Positions 37,216 to 48,708 of a stretch of DNA of 64,000 bases are shown one piece after another. This DNA is from Vicugna vicugna (lineage: Eukaryota): assembly GCA_013265495.1 (NCBI GenBank), contig MU058337.1, positions 1,356,777-1,420,776 on the forward strand, in the 5' to 3' direction. Each line of letters starts with the position of its first letter. The stretch's first letter is position 1. The translations under genes and the position numbers were made by a program. Under the pieces are notes generated by a model. The model did no database searches. It was given only the letters and a program-made list of their open reading frames with translations, and was not told where the DNA came from.

Positions 37216-39889
37216 ACTACAATGAGTGTAAAAGGGAGTGTTCCTGCAGGCTGGGTGGCCACTGGTCTGGGGAGGCAAAGGAGGCTTTTAGACACTGTTG
37301 AGATCACACTGCCCAGAGATCACTTTCTGAGACTCAGGAAGTGCTATCAGGACCCCAGATCTGATGACCTGATGCACACACAGGCAGAGGCCAAGTGAGC
37401 CTGCCATGCTTCGGGCTTGCAGGCTGCTCTCCGCCGTTCACACCTGTTTATCGGTGTTGTGTCAGTGCTAAAGGTAAGTAAACAGATGCAGATATTTTCA
37501 AAGGTCTAGAAGCAGAATCTGTATTACTGGATCACATTTCCAGACAACTTTTAACATATTTATGCAAGTTATAATGTAAGCCAATTAGCATACATGAATA
37601 GTGCTGCATTCTCAAGCTGCTTATTAATTCCACTTGTATGTGAAAATGTACGGTTATAAATTCCGAGATTCTGTGAAGCTTCAAACCTTTGAAAGCACGT
37701 TGCCTCCTCCTAAAGTCCCCCATGTTTGAGGATCAGCTGATGCTCACGAACCCCTCACGGTGAGTGTTTTAGTGTCGCCCCCATTCCTGCCTCAGGAAAG
37801 TCTGTGTCCTCCAGAAAAGCCCAACTGTACATGAGCAACAAGAAAACGAGTTTCTCTGAGCTTAAGAGACATAAGGAAATACAACACTTACACATATACA
37901 TCGATAAATGAGTCACAGATATATTACATGAAACACATAAATATGTGGAATATATACAAATACATTGAAAATATGAGAAGATATATGCTTATATTTTTGC
38001 TAAAATTTAAATTCATCATTTAAAGAATCTTTCTGAAACTGCCACTTCCTGCCTGAGTCTCTTCAGCCACTAATAATATCCAGTCAGGATTAACCGGAGG
38101 CCACTACACAATTCAGTAGCTGGGATGCAGATAAATGACTTTGGCAGCGGGAACAAAATCCCCCTCTTTTCTGTAGGAAGCCAAAGCAAAGAAGCACAGA
38201 GGAGGGTTAGACTGAGCCTCTCTATTTCTTGCATTTCTCCCACGTTGACCAGGGTCACAATGACAGGGAGCTAATGGCTTTCAGGGTGAAGAGCTTGGAG
38301 GGCAGTGCGCTGCTGCGGGCGATCGTGGCCACTCACAGGAGCACACCTGTGGCCCGACGACCTTCTCAGAACTGGGATTTGTTTGTACGGCCCACTGGGA
38401 AGACACAGCAGTCTCCTACTCCCCTCTCCGCTGCTCCCCTGCACTTCATTCTACACCCACAGAGCTGAAAGGACCAACGAAATGATGTAGCAATGTCCTG
38501 GTGGCAGAAGGTGTGAGTGCACCGCCACGCAACATGGTCAAAGCCCCCCTGTAGGTTGCTGTTTTTCATTGCTTCAACCAATGAGCAAAGAAGAGCAAGC
38601 CCGTCTCACTGGGAAGGGAGGGCAGTGGGTTGGAGAAGTGTTTTGATACAGCGAAGCGCATAATGCTGCCCAGCTGGGGAACGCTGAGAAAGAAAGGGAA
38701 GGCAGAGGAGGAGCCTGGCAGGTTAGCTGGCTCTTTGGTTAATGATGTGATACGTGTGCCTTGGAAGTGGTTTTTAGATTTTGAGCAAGTTGGTGGGACT
38801 GTGCCTTCCAGGATTAGGTCCTCACCTTGCAGAGTAACCTACGTAGCAGGCATGGGCTTCTTGGTGCTTAGAAATGAGATGAGCTTGTGGGAAGATGCCA
38901 ACGAAAGAGAAAATCATGCCCCGTCCTAAAGAAGCTTCCACCAAAACTAGAAGGATATGGATAAAGCTAATGACAATCCTGCCACCTTGGCGATTTCTGC
39001 ACCTACCACCACCTCCTTTACTTGCCTCAGAGAAGAAGGAGTGTTTCCTGCTCCCTTGGTCAAGGCTGACCCGCAGGCGCCCCCCTCCCTGCACCGGCAT
39101 CCAGATGAGCCGGGCTTGCTCCCTACGGGCTGCTTTCCTTCCTGTGAACCACCTCTGCCTCCCTCCTCCCTCTGCGCCCCTCAGAACAAGAGCCTGTGCG
39201 CAAGCTGTCTCTCTCTCTTTTTTTTTTTAGTGTGAAATGAATGTTTATAATGCTTCAAACAGTTTAAACCTGAAGTTTGCTACCACACCTTCATGTCCGT
39301 ACAGTCCTCAATAAGATTATCCACAGTACTAGCAACCACTCAATGAACACACCACTGACTAACACCACACTGATTTAAGGCTCATCAAGTAACACAGAGC
39401 CCCAAACTAAAAGGTTAAATATACAAACTACTTGTCCTGACATCTATTAAAGGTTAAAAGCCTTTCCTCAACCCTACACTCCCCTCCTTGGACCGCCCTC
39501 TCCCTCTTTTCCAAGGAACACTCAACGCCTACTGGCCTCAGCTCTGCACTCTGTCTGCAACCTTAAGCAGCACATCTCCTGTCCCCACCAGTCTGCTGCA
39601 GTTGCTTTTGCAGAGCAGAGTTGGCTGGTGGTCACCTGAACAGACCCTTCTGTGTTTGCACCCAGCACTGTGCTCAGCACATTAGATGTCTGATCTCCTT
39701 AGTTTAGACTTTCATCATCTCCAGCCTCAAGGCTAAAATAGTTACCTAATTGGGTCACTTGGTTTCCAGTTTTAAACTCTTGTAATCCACTCTCCAGATT
39801 TCGGCCAGATGATCTTCCCAAACTCCAGTTTAACCACTGAGCTCGCTCAGTGGCCTCCTACCACCAAAAGATAACCCAAAATGTTGTTG

Positions 39890-41060
39890 GCGCAGTCCAT
39901 TCAAGAACCAGGCACTGAGTGCTGCGAGGTGCCAGGAGGAGTGTCAGTGCTGGGGCACAGTGGGATGAACAGACCCCATCCTGCCCCACAGGGCCTACAC
40001 TCTAGAGAGGGAGACAATTAAAGAGCAAGGAAAGTGACAAAAGATACACACTGTGATGAGGCTTACCAAGGAAACAAATGCTGTCACAGAAATTAAAAGG
40101 ATGGGGGAAATATTTCAGAGAGGGAGGTGTGGAAACCTCTCCGAGAAGATAGCATTAAGGCAAGAACTCAGGGAATGTACAATCCAGGAGCACTGAAGAC
40201 CTCATTCAGGATGGTGCTTGGCCTGTCTGAGGAAGGGTAAGAAGGCCCATATGGCTGGACAGGAAGAGGAAAAACGGAAGAAAGTTTATGGAAGTAGGCA
40301 AGGGCCAGTCATGCCTGGTCTTGCACGAGGAGTTTAGATCTTATTACGAGCGCAGTGGAAAGCTTTTGAAGGATAATAAGCAGTGGAGACACAAAATCTA
40401 ATTTTGTTTTAAACAGCCTCCTGCCCGCATCGTGACAAATGAAACGTGGAACGGAGAGGAAGCTAGCTAAAAGTTATCATTATCTTCCAGGCAACTGCCT
40501 GAACTATAGTGGAGTCCGTGAGGATGGAAGGAAAGACAGGTTCAGAGACAGCATCGCAGGGCTCGCTGAACAAGTAGAAGGGGAAGAAGGAGTAAAAGAG
40601 GAAGCTAACGTTTCTCCTGGGAGCAAGAAAGTGGGTGGGGAAGCCATCACTGAGACGGGGAAGAGATTTGGGGGAAGATTAAGAGTTCAGCCTCAGCTCC
40701 GTTAACTCTGAGATGTTGAGATAGAGATGTGCTGTGGATAATTAGAAATATGAGTCAGAGGAGAAATCTGGCTGAATATATAAGTCATCTATACATGAGT
40801 GGTATTTATAGCCATGGGGACGGATGGAATCATCTAGCAAGAGGGTGGCAAGTGAAGAACAAAGAAACCCCGAAAATTCAAAGTGCAGTGGAGGAAGGGA
40901 GGCCCAAAAAAGAGACGGAGAAGGAGGTGCCAATGAGAGGAGGAAACAGGAGAGGTGGTGTGAGGGAAGGCAAAGGAAGAAAACGTTTCAAGAAAGAGAA
41001 ATCATCAAACATGCCAGTGAGATGAGGGCTGAGAATTAATCACTTGAGATAGGAAGAGAG
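39890..41060 (-). mobile_element. L2 fragment (long)
   Basis: 'ccccatcctgccccacagggcctacactctagagagggagac', 'gagtttagatcttatt...ggaaagcttttgaagga', 'gagtcagaggagaaatctggctg'. Confidence 0.75.
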
Positions 41061-41159
41061 GTGTGGAGTAAAGACATCTGGAAATGTACAGCTAGATGAG
41101 AAATACCGGAAACAGATAATGCAGGAAGGTAAACCCACAACTAGCCAGTTACACGTGAA

Positions 41160-41940
41160 ACATACAGACCCTCACAAAGGATCAGACGTGAAGATGAAAG
41201 AAAAGTGTTTTTACCAGTTAGTTAGTAAACCAGTTTTTAAAGTTATAAAGACAGAATGTCAGCAGAAGTGCAGTAACACTGGTATTTTCTACGTTGCCCT
41301 TGATGTTATGAAGGTTTCCTTTAAAAGGGAGATAACCTGGCAGTAGACAGATCAAGAACTTTGGTCCAGGAATTGAACTAATGGGAATCTAGGCTTAAAA
41401 AATAAACAAAAATACTTGCATGCCCTAGGCTGTTTATTCCAGCATTATTTATAATACTAAAAATGTGAGAAAAAAATTCAATATCCTCAAATAGTGAAAT
41501 GGTTAGATAAATTATAGTGTATTCTCTTAAAGAACTATTATTGCTAATATACCAGAATTAATATAAAAAGTATAGTAATTTATGGTGAAAAGAATATGAA
41601 AATGAATATATGTATGTTCCTACATGACTGAAGCACTGTGCTGAACACCAGAAATTGACACAACATTATAAACTGACTATACTTCAATAAAAATATATTT
41701 TTTAGAAAGTGTTTATGGTATAATGGGAATTAAATAATGCACAAAAATATATTTAATTCTATGTACAACATAAAAGGGAATCTGCACTTAAGAAAAAGTG
41801 CCTGAAAAGAAAGGCACTCAGAAACGGGGGGCAGCTTTTCAAGGGAGGTAGAATGAGAGATGATGACTCCCATTACCTTCTGTAATATGCCTGTAACATG
41901 GTTTATGTCATGTTCATAATAAAGACGATTTTATTAAATA
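41160..41940 (+). mobile_element. Old L1ME-like fragment with nested young L1 3' tail (~41580-41700)
   Basis: 'gtttattccagcattatttataatactaaaa'; nested 'gaaaagaatatgaaaatgaatatatgtatg...actgactatacttcaataaaa'. Confidence 0.65.
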
Positions 41941-43479
41941 TTTTTGGTAATATTGTTCTCTTTTGGTCTCATGAGTAACAACTGTGTCATGAACATCGTT
42001 TTTGAGTAACAAGGGAAATATTAATATTTATCAACTTTATCTGACAATTGTGGGTATTTCTTTTAAATGAAGGCAAGACTTCTTGGGCTGGTAAATTGAT
42101 TTTGAGACCCAAGCTCCTTGGAGTGTTCCATTTTATAAATATGTAACTTTGTGAGACACTGTAATTGTGAGCTGGATCTGCTCGGCTAGTAGTTGAAAGA
42201 TCTTTGCTTTCAGGGTTGTTTCCATCCCTCCTCTGTCTAGTCATGAGTCTGCTGCAGCTGCCCATTCTGTGAAAGTGCCTAGACCCCAGACTCCCTGGGA
42301 CATGAGCACAGCCCCTACTAAGTAAATATTTTCAGAGCACAGGGGTCAAGAGGCCGCCAGCCCCTACCTGAAACCACATTCCCAAGAGCAAGGATTCAGG
42401 TGACAGACAAGAGATGTTTTTTCCCAATTTCAATGAGGGATCTGGGCTGGGGAAGCAGGGAGGGGCCTTTTCCTGTCTCTTATTCAAAAGGACACATCAC
42501 ACATGGTGGGAACTTTTTCTTACAGACGTTCCAACCAATCATTGTGGGGGGAAAATGAAGAAAAATAAATATAAAAGGATGAAAGAACATAGAAGAAAAA
42601 AAGGAGTTACAATATCTTTAAATCATGACAGCAAATTGTCCAAATCAATCTTCAATTTCAGTTTTGGAGAAAAAAAATTAATCATGTTAAATAAATTTAC
42701 TCTTATTCATCTCGACAGGAAATTGAAGGGGAGGAGCTGGGGGGGAGCCTAAAAGCAAAGCTTTAGATTTCATGCGTGAATTATTCAGACAAGGGAGAGA
42801 AATCGAGGCACACTAGAAGAAGAGAGGGAAGAACAGCTCAGAGAACTCGGAGGCAGTAGATCTCCCAGGTCTGATCTCCAAATAGAATAACAAGGTTTTT
42901 CTGTAGTCCAGTTACAATGCAACATATTATTGAAAGCCTTTATGTACAACTCTTTTCTAAGCACAAAAAAACTGTAACACAATTTTTGAAACACATTCCT
43001 CCAAGGTGAAGGCTGACTGGCTCAGTGAATACAGTGATCCAAAAAAAATTTGATCGAAGCTAAAAAATGACATAAATCACATAGAACTATAATTTGCAAA
43101 TTCACTGGATGAAGTAATTCATCAAAGCCTGGCTGAGTTTTAGGAGTTGAGACTTTGATCTGACAAGTCAAGGAAGAGACTGACGCTCAGGCTGTGCGTA
43201 AGGACTTAAAATGTTTTTTCATGCTCCTCACAAGTTTAATTACTTTATTTTACCCCCGCTGACAGTCCCAAATTAAAATAAATGGACCACATCGAGACAA
43301 ATCTCGGATGCATGTAGTGCTTAAGAAGATGTTGTTCCTGATATAGAAATAGCTTGAAATCCATGACTAAGTTGCCCCTTTGGTTTATTTTAAATGGTGA
43401 AGAGGTAGAGCGAGGGGTGAGAGAGGCCAACAGCTAAACCCAAACCACCAACTCACACGGGCTGCAGGGAGGGGTTTCA

Positions 43480-44720
43480 CTGGCTGCCCTCTCTAAACGC
43501 GTGTCAGCGCGAGGGTTTTAAAAGAGACAGCGGGGGAAGTGGGACAGACAAATGCCCTGTGGTCACGCAGCGTCCTGAGCCAATTCCTTTCTAAGTGCAG
43601 GTAAATCGTTTTATATTTAGGGACAACAATCGACCGTATTACAAATTAATGAGGGCTCGGAAGCTTGATTGGAGACCGTCTGCCCGCACGCTGGCCATCC
43701 TCGCAAAGGCACTAGGCGGCCGTAACTCGAGGCCCGGAGAGGGCTCAGGGCGGGAGGCCGTACGCTCCGGGCACAGCACCTCGGCCGCACCGCCTCCAGG
43801 AGCCCCGGCTCCTCGCCGGCTCCCGGCCCTTTCTGGGACTGCTCGTCAGCATTCTCACTTTCTCAGAATCCAGCTTTAGGGAGCTCTCGTGTCACCCACC
43901 TTCTTGTTTCCAGATCCCCCGCCTCCTAGTATTTTCCCGAGACGCCCCGGACGCCGGGAGCGGGACCTGGGAAAGGGCAGGACGCGCCGTAAACAGGAAG
44001 CGCCCCCCCCACCGCGGGCCTGCCGAGGCTCGCGGAGCGCAGATAAGGGGCGAATCCAAACAGGAATGTATTGGTGACAACGTGACCAGACACAGCAACC
44101 CGACCAGATACATTTCAGATCTGTTTAATTTCAGAAACATTGTTCTTCCTGCAGACACCGCGTTTCATGGGAAACCAGGGCAGGGTCTGCGTGGCGGTGT
44201 CGCCTTGTGTCAGTTACTGCGCACGGCGGGGACGGCTGGGCACTTCTCGTGGTCAGCTGCCTCTCCAACTCGCCAGAGGCTGCTTCACACCTTGCCCCTT
44301 TCCCCAAACCTCCTCTGACCCAGCCTCTCAGTAGACGACCTCTCCTCATGGGGAAAATGGATGGAGGGGAGGGGAACTCTCCCGACTGCTCGCGCTGAGG
44401 CGGGCAGCTTCCCGGCTCTGGTCCAGTCGTCTCCCTGCAGGATGGGCGCCTGGTCCCCTGCCCCCACCCCGTCTGCCAGTCCCCGTTACCCTCTCAGAGC
44501 CCTGCTAGCGCTGCAGGCACCTGCGCGCACCCTTATGAGCAGAGCGTCGTGAAAAGGCACCCCTGCCTCGGGACCGCAGCCCCGCCGCTGCACAGGCCGC
44601 TCTCGGCCCGGGCGCCCTCCCTGGGCTCCCGCGGGGGGTCACAGCCGGCCGCGCCCGCCGTCCTCAGGACCACCAGGACCACCACCTGTTCCTTCGGGCC
44701 CCAGCGTTCTCCAGGGTCCA
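43480..44720. promoter_or_regulatory. CpG island / candidate promoter; candidate minus-strand first exon ending at 43900
   Basis: High GC and dense CpG; donor aacaagaag|gtgggt; AAACAGGAA at 43991-43999 and 44058-44066; AGATAAG at 44041. Confidence 0.75.
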
Positions 44721-44982
44721 GAGCAGCTACTTTCTAAAGAAAGAGAAGGAAAGAAAGGAGACTTCCTCCTTTCACATTGGAAGAAAGAGAGGAAGGGAAG
44801 GAGACCCAGCCTCAGAAGTTTCTCCCTCCCTGGCAAATTCCTTCTTTCCACAGCCAGACTTCCTGAAAGTGCTGCCTGTATTTGCCTAGTCACCTTCCTC
44901 GCCTTCCACCTTGATTTCTGTGCTGAAATCATCTGTACAAAAATTTCTGTTATGTGCTTTGTCACCACTGGGGCGGTGCAGC

Positions 44983-45523
44983 GTGGTGTGTGGTGGGCAG
45001 TGATGATGTGTGGTGCGGTGGGGTAGGATGTGGTGTGGTATGTGTGTGATGTGGTGGGGTGTCTGGTGTGTGTGTGTGGTGGGGTGGTGTGTGTGGTGCA
45101 GTGGTGTGGTATGTGTGTCATGTGGTGGGGTGTGTGTGGTGTGTGTGGTGCGGTATGTGTGTGGGGTGTGTGTGTGTAGTGCAGTGGTGTGGTGTGTGTG
45201 TGATGTGGGGTGTGTGTGGTGGGGTGTCTATGTGGTACGGTGGTGTGTGTGTGGTGTGGTGTGGTGGGGTGTCTGTGTGGTGTGATGTGTGTGGTGTGCA
45301 TGTGTGTGTGTGGTGGGGTGTCTATGTGATGTGGTGTGTATGTGGTGTGGTGGGGTGTCTGTGTGGTGTGATGTGTGTGGTGTGGTGTGGTGCGTGTGGT
45401 GTAGTGTGTGTGTGAGTGTGTGTGTGTGGTGTATGTGTGGTGGGGTGTCTGTGTGGTGTAGTGTGTGTGGTGGGGTGTGGTATGCTGGGGTGTGATGAGG
45501 TGGGGTGGGGTGGGGTGAGGTGT
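44983..45523. repeat. Degenerate (GT/GGT)-rich minisatellite-like tract
   Basis: Recurrent unit gtggtggggtgtct(a/g)tgtg... at ~45051, 45217, 45261, 45310, 45347, 45437; almost only G and T on the + strand. Confidence 0.9.
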
Positions 45524-45599
45524 GCTTGGCCACTCCTTCTCAAGGTTTCATGCCATCCTACTCATTCCTACAAAAAAAATCAAACCCACTCCGAGTCTC

Positions 45600-46530
45600 C
45601 CTCCTCTCTGACTGCTCCTTCTCAGTCTGCTTCGAAGCAACTCTTCTTCTAACCTCCCTTTAAGTATTGGACTCTTTCCAGTTTCTGTCCTCAAGTGTTT
45701 TCCCTTCTCACTCTACACACCCCCACTGGGTGGTCCAAGCATTTTAACAATATCTGTGCTAACGCCATCTGATCGAAAGCTCCAGCCAAAGAACCCCCAA
45801 ACTGGAAGGCTGTGTAGCCAGGTGCCCACTGGACGGCTCCCCTTGGGCGGGCAGCCTCCTGCACCTCTGTGGGAAACCTGTCCTAGCTCCGTGAATGATT
45901 ACCTACCACCTCGGTCGCCCTGGCCAGGAGCCGGGCAGCAGCTTGATTTTGTCCCATTCCTTTCTCTGTCCCCAACACCTCTGTCCCCAACGCCAACTTG
46001 CAAGTCATTATCTGTGCTGTTTCCCAAGTCTCTCACCTCCGTCCAGTAGTCCATTCATGCCCCCTCTCTTCAGACTTCTAGTGTCCTAACTGCTTTTCCA
46101 ACCTCTCCTCTTGTCAGTTTCTGTTCCATTTTCTAGAATTGTCTTTCTAGAGCACAGATACAACTTTGTCCTCTGCAGCTTTGACCTCAGCAGCTTAAAA
46201 TCCGTCAGCTGCTCCTCTTATTCAAACATAGTCTAAAACTCTTTAACGTGGCTTACAGACCCTTTATTACCTGCCTGCTGGTCTCTGTCCTCACCTCTCA
46301 CAATTACCTCCTTACAACATCTTTTGTTTCTAGAGCACATCTTACTTACACTTCCTGTTCCACATAATGTTCTGTGTGTCTAGGACACCAGCTGTCTGTC
46401 CCCCCAAATACTATGTAGTTCTAACCCCTGCTTCTCCTCCACAAGTCAGCCTAGCCATCACCTCCCTCAGAAAGCTTTCACTGACACCCCTAGTGTCCCA
46501 CCACCTCCCGATCTGGGCTAGGTGCTGCAT
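45600..46530 (+). mobile_element. L2 fragment
   Basis: 'cttctcactctacac', 'aaaactctttaacgtggcttacagaccc', 'catcacctccctcagaaagctttcactgacaccc'. Confidence 0.7.
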
Positions 46531-47289
46531 AAATTAAGGAAAACCATTGAGTTGTGTCAATGTAAATTCAAGGGAGAGTCTAGCTTTAGTCAGGTGAGGG
46601 GCAGGGCTGTTTTCCCCATATTTCAGCCACACTTCACTCTGACGTGGATTTCGTTCTTGTGTGAGCTTTTTCCTGGAGGCAGAAGAATGCCAAGCCTGCG
46701 TCTTCACAGCCTGCTATCCTAATAACAATAATAATAATAATTCATAATAATTGTTAATAATAGGAGAATGGAGTATCAGGAGGAGAGGCGACCAAGTGAA
46801 AACATTATAGTAGTAGTCCAGGCAGGGATTACTGTAGCAGCAGCAGCAGTAGTAGCAGTGGTACTAAGCCTGGTAAGTGATGGTAAAATGCATTATGCAC
46901 AATCCTTGAAGCCATCCCTCATCACCCCCAGCCTAAAAGGATCACTCTTTCCTACCAGTCATTAGGTGGTTTCTGGGTTTTTCCTGTGGACTGAAAAGCT
47001 TGGCTCTGGGAATATACCATTAAATAAAACCTTTTTTGTCTTACAGACTCTGGTAAGGGCTGCAGGTAAGTGAGCAGGGGCAATACAAGGGCTGGCTGTC
47101 ACACAGAGGAGTGCTGGGTACCAGGAGGTCCATGGGAGGGGCACACACCAGCACTAAGGGTAGAGATGAGGCTGGAACCACACACAGAGGGCCATTTCCA
47201 CCTGTTATCAGGGTTGGAGTTTATCCAAAGGGGAGCCAATACAGAGTTCCAGGACTGGAAGACAGTCGGGTGAGTCGATGGAGATCAAG

Positions 47290-47492
47290 AAAGAAAGAGA
47301 AAATAGTGTCATGAATCTAGCTAAGGGCTGCGAGAACAGGGTGGAAATGAGTGAAAAGATGAGAAAGCTGCCTAGAAGAGCAAGTGGGGAGGATTTTAGA
47401 TCGATTTAGATGTGGATAGAGCAGGACAGAAGAGAGTCAAGAATGATTCTCAAATGATTCAATCAAGTTATTCACTGAGTTCAAGAAGAGGG
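47290..47492 (-). mobile_element. L2 fragment hosting the young L1 insertion
   Basis: 'gatttagatgtggatagagc...gagtcaagaatgattctc...ttcactgag'; continues after the L1 as 'aggaggtgtggggc'. Confidence 0.55.
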
Positions 47493-48217
47493 TGTGGACA
47501 TATCGTCCAGCAATCCCTCTCCTGGGCATATATCCAGAGAAAACTCCAATTTGAAAAGATACATGCACCTCAGTATTCATAGCAGCACTATTTACAATAG
47601 CCCAGACATGGAAGCAGCCTAAATGTCCACTGACAGATGACTGGGTAAAGAAGCTGTGAGATACACACACACACACACATACATACATACATACAATGGA
47701 ATACTACTCAGTCATTAAAAAGAATAAAATGATGCCATTTGTAGCAACATAGATGGTCCTGGAGATCATTATACTAAGTGAAGTAAGTCAGAAAGAAGGA
47801 AAAATACCATCTGGTATCACTTATATGTGGAATCTAAAAGGATGACACAAATGAACTTATTTATAAAACAGAAACAGACTCACAGACATAAAAAACAAAG
47901 CTTATGGTTACCAGAGGGGAAAGGAGGGGGTGAAGGGATAAACTGGGAATTTGGGATCTGCAGATACTACTATATATGAAATAGATAAAAACAAGGTTCT
48001 ACTGTATAATACAGGGGACTATATTCAATAACTTGTAATGACCTATAATGAGAAAGACTATGAAAAGGAATATATATACATGCATAAGTGAAACATTATG
48101 CTGTATATCGGAAATTAACACAACATTGTAAACTGACTATACTTCAATAAAAAATTATAGAACAATAAAAAAATTTTAAATAAGAAAATTAAATTACAAA
48201 AAAAAAAAAAGAAGAAG
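47493..48217 (+). mobile_element. Relatively young 5'-truncated L1 (ORF2 end, 3'UTR, poly(A)) with 10-bp TSD
   Basis: 'ccagcaatccctctcctgggcatatatccagag...cagcactatttacaatagcc...aatggaatactactcag...actaagtgaagtaagtcag'; TSD AAGAAGAGGG at 47483-47492 and 48218-48227. Confidence 0.9.
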
Positions 48218-48708
48218 AAGAAGAGGGAGGAGGTGTGGGGCAAGTTGCCTGTAATTCTTACAGTAATACCAAAACTTCTGGCCCTTGATTATATAGGACT
48301 CACAGGAAATAAAAAAGGAATCAGCCTCCTTTACACTAGAAAAATGATACTTCCTGATAGTGACAGTGACATCTTTGTTTCACTTCTACAAAGCAACATG
48401 CATAAACATTATGCTGTGTATCGGAAATTAACACAACATTGTAAACTGACTATACTTCAATAAAAAATTATAGAACAATAAAAAAATTTTAAATAAGAAA
48501 ATTAAATTACAAAAAAAAAAAAAAGAAGAAGAAGAAGAGGGAGGAGGTGTGGGGCAAGTTGCCTGTAATTCTTACAGTAGTACCAAAACTTCTGGCCCTC
48601 GATTATATAGGACTCACAGGAAATAAAAAAGGAATCAGCCTCCTTTACACTAGAAAAATGATACTTCCTGATAGTGACAGTGACATCTTTGTTTCACTTC
48701 TACAAAGC
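48078..48708 (+). repeat. Tandem duplication, two copies (48078-48394 and 48396-48708)
   Basis: Near-identical copies: one 5-bp indel, a 1-bp A-run difference and three substitutions seen by eye. Confidence 0.95.

Noticed and set aside
44639..45543. Long ORFs (220 aa His/Thr/Pro-rich; Val/Cys/Trp-rich) in several frames
   Set aside because: Translations of the GT-rich simple repeat, which lacks stop codons by composition.
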